This document shows, one piece after another, positions 24,550-32,000 of a DNA stretch of 32,000 nt. The position numbers were made by a program, and so were the translations under genes. The DNA is taken from NCBI RefSeq assembly GCF_000012465.1, contig NC_007335.2:1230001-1262000 (forward strand), in the 5' to 3' direction. Origin of the DNA: Prochlorococcus marinus str. NATL2A. GTDB lineage: Bacteria; Cyanobacteriota; Cyanobacteriia; PCC-6307; Cyanobiaceae. Below the pieces are notes generated by a model that had not been told where the DNA came from, made no database searches, and saw only the letters and a program-made list of their open reading frames with translations. Numbering within the stretch: the stretch's first letter is position 1; the number at the start of each line of letters is the position of its first letter.

Positions 24550-25641
24550 TTATACGTTGAATAAAAACTCCATTACGTCTCCTTCATTCACTATATATTC
24601 TTTGCCTTCACTTCTTAGCCAACCTTTGTTTTTAGCTTCTACTAAAGATCCTGCTTCTAGTAGTTTTTTGTATGAGATTGTTTGAGCTCGAATAAATCCC
24701 TTTTCAAAATCTGTATGTATTACCCCAGCAGCTTGAGGAGCTGTCATCCCATCAGAAATAGTCCAAGCTTTAGTTTCTTTTTCTCCAGTGGTGAAATAAG
24801 TGCTTAAGCCCAGCAATCGATATGTAGCTTTAATAAGACTAATTAAGCCTCCTTCTTCAACTCCTAAACCATTTAAATAATCATCTCTTTCCTCCTCCCC
24901 CAATTCAATCAACTCAGCCTCAACTTGCGCTGAAATCTTCACACATTCAGAGCCTTCTTTCGTTGCAAGTGTATTTACTTCTTCTGAAAAGGAATTACCT
25001 TTCGCAAGTTCATCTTCACCAAGATTGGTTGCATAGATAATTGGTTTTTCAGTTAATAAGCCTAATGGTTTAATTAATTTTTTTTCTTCATTAGTTAATG
25101 AAACACTCCTAACTGCATTTTCATTTTCTAAGGCCTCGCTTAATTTTTCTAATACATCATCTTCTAACTTTGCGTCCTTACTAGTACTTATTTGTTTTTT
25201 TAGTCGAGTTCTACGTTTTTCTATCTGATTTAAATCAGACAATGCTAATTCTAAATTTATTATCTCAATATCTCTTGATGGGTCTACTGATCCAGAAACA
25301 TGAATAACATCATCATCACTAAAACACCTAATCACATGAACGATTGCATCCACCTCCCTTATATTTGCTAAAAATTTGTTACCCAATCCCTCCCCTTTAC
25401 TTGCTCCCTTAACAAGACCAGCAATATCAACAAACTCCATTCTCGTTGGAATAATTTGCTTACTATTACTAAGTTCGCCAAGCAAATTCAAACGTTGATC
25501 AGGGACTGAAACAGAGCCTACATTCGGTTCAATCGTACAAAAAGGAAAGTTTGCTGCTTGAGCTTGAGCATTCGCAACAAGAGCATTGAACAAAGTGGAC
25601 TTTCCAACATTAGGGAGTCCAACAATTCCGGCCTTAAGCAT
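24550..25641 (-). CDS. ychF: Ribosome-binding/redox-regulated ATPase YchF
   Basis: 363 aa. P-loop [17 protein letters not shown]; C-terminal YchF/TGS block [33 protein letters not shown]. Confidence 0.95.
   Translation of the reverse strand: MLKAGIVGLPNVGKSTLFNALVANAQAQAANFPFCTIEPNVGSVSVPDQRLNLLGELSNSKQIIPTRMEFVDIAGLVKGASKGEGLGNKFLANIREVDAIVHVIRCFSDDDVIHVSGSVDPSRDIEIINLELALSDLNQIEKRRTRLKKQISTSKDAKLEDDVLEKLSEALENENAVRSVSLTNEEKKLIKPLGLLTEKPIIYATNLGEDELAKGNSFSEEVNTLATKEGSECVKISAQVEAELIELGEEERDDYLNGLGVEEGGLISLIKATYRLLGLSTYFTTGEKETKAWTISDGMTAPQAAGVIHTDFEKGFIRAQTISYKKLLEAGSLVEAKNKGWLRSEGKEYIVNEGDVMEFLFNV
24552..24573 (+). repeat. Copy 4 (genuine) of the core: last seven codons plus the first stop-codon base of ychF
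   Basis: The complement encodes M-E-F-L-F-N-V-stop, the end of the 363-aa YchF ORF. Confidence 0.95.
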
Positions 25642-25806
25642 TTAAATGGTTCTTTAAAGGAACCCAGCTGATTAATCTGACTAAATTAAACCCAATCGTG
25701 CCCATTAACAGCGAAAATATTGTTATAAATCTCTTAAGGAAAGTTTTTAAGCTTTCCTTTACATCGTCCAAACTTCTAAAACTCTTGAGTATTTGATTTT
25801 CACAAA

Positions 25807-26880
25807 ATGATTTGGAAAAAATTTAAAAAGAAAAAATTTATAGGCCTTATTGCACTTTCGGTCATAAGTGTTGGCGGAATTAGTTTTAAACTTTCACAAG
25901 ACAACTCATCGAATAAAGACATAACTGAATTTACAATTGCTGCTGAGAGAGGCAGTTTGCCTGGTTTGATAACAGCAAGTGGTGAATTAAAAGCAAATAA
26001 AAGTGTAAATGTAAGCCCAAAAAGACAGGGAATACTTGACGAAATTTTCGTTGAGGAAGGAGATCAGGTTAAGAAAGGTGATTTAATTGCGAAAATGGAT
26101 TTTGGAGATTTGGAATTTAGAATTGACGAGATAAAAGCTAATTATGAGACTCAAAAAGCAAGCTTTAAAAGAAGGGAGATGCTTTTTAATGAAGGAGCCA
26201 TAAGTGCTGAAGAGTATGAAGAATATAAAAATAAATTTTTAAAAAGCAAAGCCAGATTCAAACAACTAGAAGTAGAAGAGAATGAAATAAGCATTAGAGC
26301 CCCATTTAGAGGAGTAATAACCAGCAGATACGCAGTACCAGGGGCATTCGTAACTCCTACGACCTCTGCTTCTTCCTCAAGAGAGGGTGGGGCCACAAGT
26401 TCATCAATAGTCAAACTTTCTCAAGGCCTTGAAATAGTCGCGAAAGTTCCTGAGAGTGATATTGGAAGAATAAAAACAGGGCAGGACGCAAGTATTAGAG
26501 TAGATGCTTTTCCTGATAAGCGTTTTAAAGCGGTTGTCTCCAAAATCTCTCCAAGTGCGATCAAGAATAACAACGTAACTTCATTTGAAGTTACGTTGTT
26601 ATTGGAAAATAGACCTGAAGATTTACGCCTTGGCATGACATCTGATATAAACTTTCAAACTGGAGCGACCAAAATCAGCACGCTTATTCCAACAGTCGCA
26701 ATTGTCACAGAAGAAGGGAAAACTGGGGTTCTAATAGTCGGGAATAACAATCAACCAGAGTTTAAAAAAGTTGAATTAGGTACAAGCAGTGGCAGTAAGA
26801 CTGCAATAATATCTGGATTAGAACCGGGAGAGAAAGTTTTTATTGATCTTCCTTCTTGGGCTAAAAAAAGAGAGCGTTAA
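25807..26880 (+). CDS. Efflux/secretion membrane-fusion (periplasmic adaptor) protein, HlyD/MacA/DevB type
   Basis: 357 aa. N-terminal membrane anchor (FIGLIALSVISVGG), lipoyl-like GDQVKKGDLIAKMD, coiled coil (EIKANYETQKASFKRREMLFNEGAISAEEYEEYKNKFLKSKARFKQLE), IRAPFRGVIT and C-terminal beta-barrel-like segments. Confidence 0.85.
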   Translation: MIWKKFKKKKFIGLIALSVISVGGISFKLSQDNSSNKDITEFTIAAERGSLPGLITASGELKANKSVNVSPKRQGILDEIFVEEGDQVKKGDLIAKMDFGDLEFRIDEIKANYETQKASFKRREMLFNEGAISAEEYEEYKNKFLKSKARFKQLEVEENEISIRAPFRGVITSRYAVPGAFVTPTTSASSSREGGATSSSIVKLSQGLEIVAKVPESDIGRIKTGQDASIRVDAFPDKRFKAVVSKISPSAIKNNNVTSFEVTLLLENRPEDLRLGMTSDINFQTGATKISTLIPTVAIVTEEGKTGVLIVGNNNQPEFKKVELGTSSGSKTAIISGLEPGEKVFIDLPSWAKKRER

Positions 26881-26906
26881 TAAATTAATCACACTTGGAC
26901 TGATTC

Positions 26907-29867
26907 ATGACAGAAATAAAAAAGCCAACTTTATTATTGGTTGATGGCCATTCATTAGCTTTTAGAAGTTTTTATGCTTTTAGTAAAGGTGGAGAAGGAG
27001 GTCTTACCACCAAAGATGGATTTCCCACGAGTGTTACCTATGGTTTTCTAAAAAGCCTTTTAGATAATTGCAAATCTATCGAACCCAAAGGGGTCACAAT
27101 TGCTTTTGACACTGCTGAGCCAACATTTCGCCACAAGGAAGATCCAAACTACAAAGCCAATCGAGATGTAGCACCAGATATATTTTTTCAAGATTTAGAT
27201 CAACTTGAAGAGATTCTCAAAGAAAGTTTGAATCTTTCAATCTGCAAAGCCCCGGGATATGAGGCAGATGATGTCTTGGGAACACTCGCAAATGATGCAG
27301 CTGAAAAAGGATGGAGTGTCAGAATCCTTTCTGGAGATAGAGACCTATTCCAATTAGTGGATGATGAAAGAGACATAGCTGTCTTGTACATGGGTGGAGG
27401 TCCTTATGCAAAAAGTGGAAGTCCTAAACTGATTAATGAAAAAGGCGTAAGGGAGAAACTCGGAGTCAATCCAAACAAAGTTATTGATCTGAAAGCCTTA
27501 ACTGGTGATAGCTCAGACAATATTCCAGGTGTTAAAGGAGTTGGTCCTAAAACAGCAATAAATCTTTTAAACGAGAACCTTGATCTTGATGGAGTCTATA
27601 AATCACTTCAAGAGTTAGAAAAAGAAGGCGAGAAAGCAAAACGAGGAGCGATAAAAGGAGCAGTTAGATTAAAATTAAAAGCAGATAAAGACAATGCCTA
27701 TCTCTCAAAAAAACTTGCAGAGATATTAATTAAAATTCCCATTGATCCAAAAGTAAACTATAACTTAGAAGGAATTAACGAATCAAAGCTAGCTGAAAAC
27801 CTTGAGAGGCTTGAGTTACATAGTTTATCAAAACAAGTTTCAACTTTTAAAGCTATATTTTCTAAAGATGGATTATCAAAAAAAGATTTAAATCCCTCAT
27901 CAAAAGAAATTAATATCGCTAACGATAAGACTAAAAATAGTGAATTGAGTACTCTTAATGAAACGAAAGAGATCCCCAAGATAGAACCCAAGATAATAGA
28001 CAATCTGGAAGAACTTAATAACTTTGTTGCACAAATAATGAAACATACTGATTCGACAAAACCAATAGCCATTGATACAGAAACAACGAGCTTGAATCCA
28101 TTTAAAGCTGAACTTGTTGGATTAGGATTTTGTTTTGGCGAATCGTTAAAAGATATAGTTTATATACCAATAGGACATCAAAATAAAGAGGGCGATTTAA
28201 TAAAAATTAATCAAATAAATCAATTAAAGATTGAAGAAGTTATCTTTGCACTTCAGGATTGGTTCTCTAGCAATGAAAATCATAAAACCCTACAGAATGC
28301 AAAATACGACCGACTGATTTTATTAAGACACGGAATTATACTAAACGGAGTTGTAATTGATACTTTACTTGCAGATTATATATTTGATGCAACCCTTAAA
28401 CATAGTTTAGATGAAATTGCTTATAGAGAATTTGGATTTAAACCCAAAAGTTTTTCTGATGTTGTCAAAAAAGGAGAAGACTTCTCTTATGTGGACATTA
28501 AGTCTGCGAGTATGTACTGCGGGATGGACGTTTATTTAACAAGAAAATTAGCAATTATTTATATTAATAGATTAAAAGAAACAAGTACAAAATTAATAAA
28601 CTTACTCAAAGAAGTTGAACAACCACTCGAGCAAGTATTAGCAGAAATTGAATCGACCGGTATCATTATTGATACTCCTTATCTAAAAGATTTATCTTTA
28701 GAGTTAACAAAAAAATTAAATACTATCGAGAAAGAAGTTTATAATATTGCAGGAAGTGAGTTCAACCTTTCATCACCTAAACAGTTAGGTGAATTACTTT
28801 TTGAGAAACTTGATTTAGATAGGAAAAAATCAAGAAAAACAAAAACAGGATGGAGTACAGATGTAGCTGTATTGGAAAAGCTGGAATCAGACCATCCCAT
28901 AGTAAAAATGATCATTGAACATCGCACTATAAGCAAGTTGCTTAATACTTATGTAGATGCTTTGCCTAAGCTTATTGAAAAAGAAACAGGAAGAGTACAT
29001 ACAGATTTCAATCAAGCCGTAACCGCTACTGGAAGACTAAGTAGCAGCAATCCAAATCTGCAAAATATCCCTGTCAGAACTGAATTTAGTAGACGAATAA
29101 GAAAAGCCTTTCTTCCGCAAAAAGATTGGAAACTTCTAAGTGCAGACTATTCACAAATTGAACTTCGTATACTCACACATCTTTCAGGTGAAGAAGTACT
29201 AAAAAATGCTTATTTAAAAAATGAAGATGTCCACTCTTTAACAGCAAAACTTTTGTTTGAAAAAGATGCTATTGACGCCGATGAAAGAAGAATAGGAAAA
29301 ACAATAAATTTTGGGGTTATTTATGGTATGGGGGCTCAAAGGTTTGCAAGATCAACGGGCGTTTCATTAATAGAAGCAAAATATTTTTTAAGTAAATTCA
29401 AAGAACGTTATCCAGCCGTTTTTAATTTTTTAGAATATCAAGAAAGACTTGCCTTAAGCCAAGGGTTTGTTGAAACATTGCTAGGGAGAAGACGATATTT
29501 TCATTTCAATAAAAATGGGCTTGGAAGACTTCTGGGAACTCCACCAAATGAAATTGATTTAACTACTGCCAGAAGAGCAGGGATGGAAGCACAACAATTA
29601 AGAGCCGCAGCAAACGCACCTATTCAAGGCTCAAGTGCAGACATAATTAAGCTAGCAATGATTCAGTTGCATTCAGCTTTAAGAGAGACTGGATTGGCAG
29701 CGAAAATTCTACTTCAAGTGCATGATGAACTCGTGCTAGAAGTTAATCCCAAAGATTTGGAGGAAACAAAACTTCTTGTCAAAAACACTATGGAAAATGC
29801 TGTAAAACTTAGTGTCCCTCTTATCGTTGAAACTGGCGTTGGAGTAAATTGGATGGAAGCAAAATAG
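26907..29867 (+). CDS. polA: DNA polymerase I
   Basis: 986 aa. 5'-3' exonuclease N-terminus (LLLVDGHSLAFRSFYAF), 3'-5' exonuclease block (IAIDTETTSL), and polymerase motifs (DYSQIELRILTHLS, RRIGKTINFGVIYGMG, QVHDELVLE). Confidence 0.97.
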   Translation: MTEIKKPTLLLVDGHSLAFRSFYAFSKGGEGGLTTKDGFPTSVTYGFLKSLLDNCKSIEPKGVTIAFDTAEPTFRHKEDPNYKANRDVAPDIFFQDLDQLEEILKESLNLSICKAPGYEADDVLGTLANDAAEKGWSVRILSGDRDLFQLVDDERDIAVLYMGGGPYAKSGSPKLINEKGVREKLGVNPNKVIDLKALTGDSSDNIPGVKGVGPKTAINLLNENLDLDGVYKSLQELEKEGEKAKRGAIKGAVRLKLKADKDNAYLSKKLAEILIKIPIDPKVNYNLEGINESKLAENLERLELHSLSKQVSTFKAIFSKDGLSKKDLNPSSKEINIANDKTKNSELSTLNETKEIPKIEPKIIDNLEELNNFVAQIMKHTDSTKPIAIDTETTSLNPFKAELVGLGFCFGESLKDIVYIPIGHQNKEGDLIKINQINQLKIEEVIFALQDWFSSNENHKTLQNAKYDRLILLRHGIILNGVVIDTLLADYIFDATLKHSLDEIAYREFGFKPKSFSDVVKKGEDFSYVDIKSASMYCGMDVYLTRKLAIIYINRLKETSTKLINLLKEVEQPLEQVLAEIESTGIIIDTPYLKDLSLELTKKLNTIEKEVYNIAGSEFNLSSPKQLGELLFEKLDLDRKKSRKTKTGWSTDVAVLEKLESDHPIVKMIIEHRTISKLLNTYVDALPKLIEKETGRVHTDFNQAVTATGRLSSSNPNLQNIPVRTEFSRRIRKAFLPQKDWKLLSADYSQIELRILTHLSGEEVLKNAYLKNEDVHSLTAKLLFEKDAIDADERRIGKTINFGVIYGMGAQRFARSTGVSLIEAKYFLSKFKERYPAVFNFLEYQERLALSQGFVETLLGRRRYFHFNKNGLGRLLGTPPNEIDLTTARRAGMEAQQLRAAANAPIQGSSADIIKLAMIQLHSALRETGLAAKILLQVHDELVLEVNPKDLEETKLLVKNTMENAVKLSVPLIVETGVGVNWMEAK

Positions 29868-29910
29868 TTGCTGACAAATTCAATAATTTCTCACATTCTT
29901 ATCTAAGAAA

Positions 29911-31413
29911 TTGTCCCTAAAATTCACAAACACCTTATCCAAAAAGAAAGAGGATTTTATTTCTATAAATCCTAATCAAGTTAAAATATATTGTTGTGGT
30001 GTAACTGTTTATGATCTTTGTCATCTTGGTCATGCCAGAAGTTACCTTAATTGGGATGTATTGAGACGGTTTTTAATTTGGAAAGGTTTTGAAGTTAAAT
30101 TTGTACAAAACTTCACTGATATTGATGACAAAATTATTAATCGAGCAAATAAAGAAGGATGTTCTACTGATGAATTAAGTGAAAGAAATATTGATGAATT
30201 CCACAAAGATATGGATACTCTTTCCATTCTTAGACCAACTAGCATGCCAAGAGCAACAAAATGCCTCCATCAAATTATTAATTTCATAGAAGAATTAGAA
30301 CAAAAAAAAGTAGCTTATTCATCAAATGGTGATGTTTATTTTTCAGTAGATAAACATAAAAATTATGGGAAACTTAGTGGAAGAGAAATTGAGGATCAGA
30401 TAGATAATGCAGCAGGGAGATTAAAAACAAATCAAAAAGAAAGTAAAAAGAACTCGCTTGATTTTGCCCTCTGGAAAAAGTCCAACTCAGGTGAGGTTAG
30501 TTATTCTTCACCTTGGGGAAACGGCAGGCCAGGTTGGCATATTGAGTGTTCAGCAATGGTTAAACAAGAATTAGGAGAAAGTATTGATATTCACCTTGGT
30601 GGATCAGACCTGATATTTCCTCATCATGAGAATGAAATAGCTCAATCTGAAGCCTGTAATGGGAAAGAGTTAGCAAAATACTGGCTTCACAATGGAATGG
30701 TTAATGTGGGGGGTGAAAAAATGAGTAAATCACTAGGAAATTTTACAACCATTAGGTCTTTATTAGAGGAAGATATTTCACCTATGACTTTGAGATTTTT
30801 TGTGTTACAAACTAATTACCGAAAGCCCCTAGATTTTACTGAAGAAGCGCTAAAAGCTGCTTCAAAAGGCTGGGAAAGATTAAATAATTGCCTGTCTTTT
30901 GGTTATATCTATAAAATTAAAGATCAATCTAAAAACGAAATCTTCCTAGATAAACCGATAAAAAAATCTGCCAACACTAAACTTGATAAAAACTCATTCA
31001 AATTATTATCAGACTTTGAAAAATATATGGATGACGACCTAAATACATCAGGAGCTTTATCTATTCTTTTTGAACTATCTCAACCAATTAGAAAGATCAT
31101 TAACTTCTTAAAAGAAAAAGATATTAATGAAGTTGATCAAGATGAATTAAATCAAGTTTTTAATAAATGGGAACTACTCTCTGAGTTAGCAGGAGTTCTG
31201 GGTTTAAAAGTAAATTTAAATCAAGAAAAACCAAAAAATAATCCTGAACTGGACACTAATAAAATTGAAGAACTTATAAAGAATAGATCCTTAGCAAAAG
31301 CTAATAAAGACTTTTTACTCGCTGATAAGATAAGAGCTGATTTGAAAAATATTGGAATTGATTTAATTGATAAACCTAAAGGGGTTACTGAATGGAAACA
31401 ACTTTCAGATTAA
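29911..31413 (+). CDS. cysS: Cysteine--tRNA ligase
   Basis: 500 aa with a TTG start as given by the track. HIGH-type motif CHLGHARSY; KMSKS motif (GEKMSKSLGNF); WHIECS zinc/cysteine-site block. Confidence 0.95.
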   Translation: MSLKFTNTLSKKKEDFISINPNQVKIYCCGVTVYDLCHLGHARSYLNWDVLRRFLIWKGFEVKFVQNFTDIDDKIINRANKEGCSTDELSERNIDEFHKDMDTLSILRPTSMPRATKCLHQIINFIEELEQKKVAYSSNGDVYFSVDKHKNYGKLSGREIEDQIDNAAGRLKTNQKESKKNSLDFALWKKSNSGEVSYSSPWGNGRPGWHIECSAMVKQELGESIDIHLGGSDLIFPHHENEIAQSEACNGKELAKYWLHNGMVNVGGEKMSKSLGNFTTIRSLLEEDISPMTLRFFVLQTNYRKPLDFTEEALKAASKGWERLNNCLSFGYIYKIKDQSKNEIFLDKPIKKSANTKLDKNSFKLLSDFEKYMDDDLNTSGALSILFELSQPIRKIINFLKEKDINEVDQDELNQVFNKWELLSELAGVLGLKVNLNQEKPKNNPELDTNKIEELIKNRSLAKANKDFLLADKIRADLKNIGIDLIDKPKGVTEWKQLSD

Positions 31414-32000
31414 GCAAATGTTTCTATTGTAGATAAGACTGTCAAATAAAGTCCAATAGCAATAACCGGTGGAGACACCCAGCGCAGCATAAACTTTAGA
31501 TACCTTCTAACTCTTAAATTAGCATTAGAATTTGCAAGATCCTCATCATAACGATTTGGAACAATCCAACCCAAAAGAATTGAAATTAGAAGGCCACCTA
31601 ATATCAAGAGTGTATTACAGATGGCATCGGACTTGCCTAAAAAGTCTGTAGAAATAGCAGACGGTATTCCAATCAAAAAGATCACTAATGTTGAAGTCCA
31701 AACGGCCTTCTTCCTACTCCAATTCAACCTGTCCATTAAAGAAGATACTGGTACTTCCATTAATGAAATCGAAGAAGTAATAGCAGCTATAAAGGCCAAT
31801 CCGAAGAAAACTGCAGCAATCAATCTCCCAAGCAATCCAAGATTTGCAAATCCAGTTGGAAGAGCGATAAATAAAGTCCCAACAGTTGATTCACTGATAA
31901 CATCTTTCAAACCAAAACTCATAACGACAGGGAATGTAATCAGGCCTGCAAGTAAACCCACAGCAGTATCCAAAGTTGCAACTCTCAAAGCTTCTTTAGG
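31410..32000 (-). CDS. Sodium-dependent SNF/NSS-family transporter, C-terminal part (N-terminus beyond the right edge)
   Basis: The frame stays open to nt 32000. The multi-helix hydrophobic sequence (GLLAGLITFPVVMSFG, LFIALPTGFANL, FFGLAFIAAITSSISLMEV) resembles the C-terminal half of bacterial Na+:neurotransmitter-symporter-family proteins. It overlaps the cysS stop by 4 nt. Confidence 0.75.
   Translation of the reverse strand, partial: PKEALRVATLDTAVGLLAGLITFPVVMSFGLKDVISESTVGTLFIALPTGFANLGLLGRLIAAVFFGLAFIAAITSSISLMEVPVSSLMDRLNWSRKKAVWTSTLVIFLIGIPSAISTDFLGKSDAICNTLLILGGLLISILLGWIVPNRYDEDLANSNANLRVRRYLKFMLRWVSPPVIAIGLYLTVLSTIETFA

Larger units (their letters stand above)
14949..24573. mobile_element. 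Putative array of about five single-gene cassettes inserted at the 3' end of ychF (left boundary uncertain)
   Basis: Four direct copies of the ychF terminal 20-22-mer sit in conserved arm sequences, plus one core-less arm-arm junction at about 20021..20135. Proposed units are: ..17223 (14949 gene + RHH gene), 17246..17852, 17872..~20086, ~20087..22329 and 22350..24551. No recombinase ORF is present. Confidence 0.5.

Noticed and set aside
25736-25759. Perfect 8-bp inverted repeat (aaggaaag-N8-ctttcctt) in the ychF / adaptor divergent spacer
   Set aside because: No T-run follows it, it is a single occurrence, and it is short enough to arise by chance in AT-rich DNA. It may be an operator, but I cannot support that.
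25807-26880. The HlyD-type adaptor as the dedicated type I secretion partner of the DUF4214/RTX family
   Set aside because: It is tempting because of proximity. However, the gene sits on the core-genome side of ychF, has no adjacent ABC transporter or TolC-like gene in the window, and looks like a generic MacA/DevB-type adaptor. It is kept only as something to test, not as a claim.
13916-30245. Antisense or alternative-frame ORFs nested in well-supported genes (13916..14281, 14415..14597, 14512..14700, 20998..21183, 21289..21471, 22804..23049, 23137..23322, 23782..24015, 26151..26414, 26421..26636, 27200..27391, 27758..28072, 28739..28936, 30042..30245, and also 3073..3264)
   Set aside because: Each lies entirely or mostly within a longer ORF that has clear family signatures, and none has recognisable motifs of its own.
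31410-31413. 4-nt overlap of the convergent cysS and SNF-transporter stops
   Set aside because: This is ordinary compact-genome gene packing and not noteworthy.

Overview
This is an AT-rich segment of a marine picocyanobacterial chromosome, probably Prochlorococcus-like; that assignment is inferred from the psbA/D1 sequence, gene content and base composition. The right end (24.5-32 kb) is ordinary core genome: ychF (-), an HlyD/MacA-type membrane-fusion adaptor (+), polA (+), cysS (+) and the 3' part of an SNF-type Na+ symporter (-). Everything to the left looks accessory. psbA (2579..3661) sits between two giant repeat-protein genes: 1..2249 (partial, missing from the ORF track) and 3746..8377 (1543 aa). 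Both are built from 16-aa FDPTAMAGFGKDQVAA units organised in 240-bp higher-order repeats, with 3.5 base-perfect copies at 1..835. Next come a SET-like gene that convergently overlaps a TPR gene, then six further genes (11085..24431). Like the 1543-aa giant, these six end in a shared C-terminal module of about 170 aa: a beta linker, two DUF4214-type half repeats and a near-invariant ...LLGFAES.ENK.LFTEMTGFG end. The sixth gene, 22584..24431, keeps only the second half repeat and the end motif at its C-terminus. Their N-terminal passengers are unrelated: a metzincin HELGHLLGLEH, a cupredoxin-like C-x2-H-x2-M, RTX nonapeptides, 3-4 copies of an unknown ~100-aa module, and an unknown ~230-aa domain. 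None has a Sec-type signal peptide. The most unusual non-coding signal is that the terminal 20-22 nt of ychF recur three more times in direct orientation (17224, 17853, 22330). These copies lie inside conserved arms studded with GTTAGA(C/A) heptamers and delimit 0.6-2.3 kb single-gene units in either orientation. This looks like an integron-like or tandem-integration cassette array, yet no recombinase gene is in the window. I recognised no rRNA, tRNA, CRISPR or transposase.
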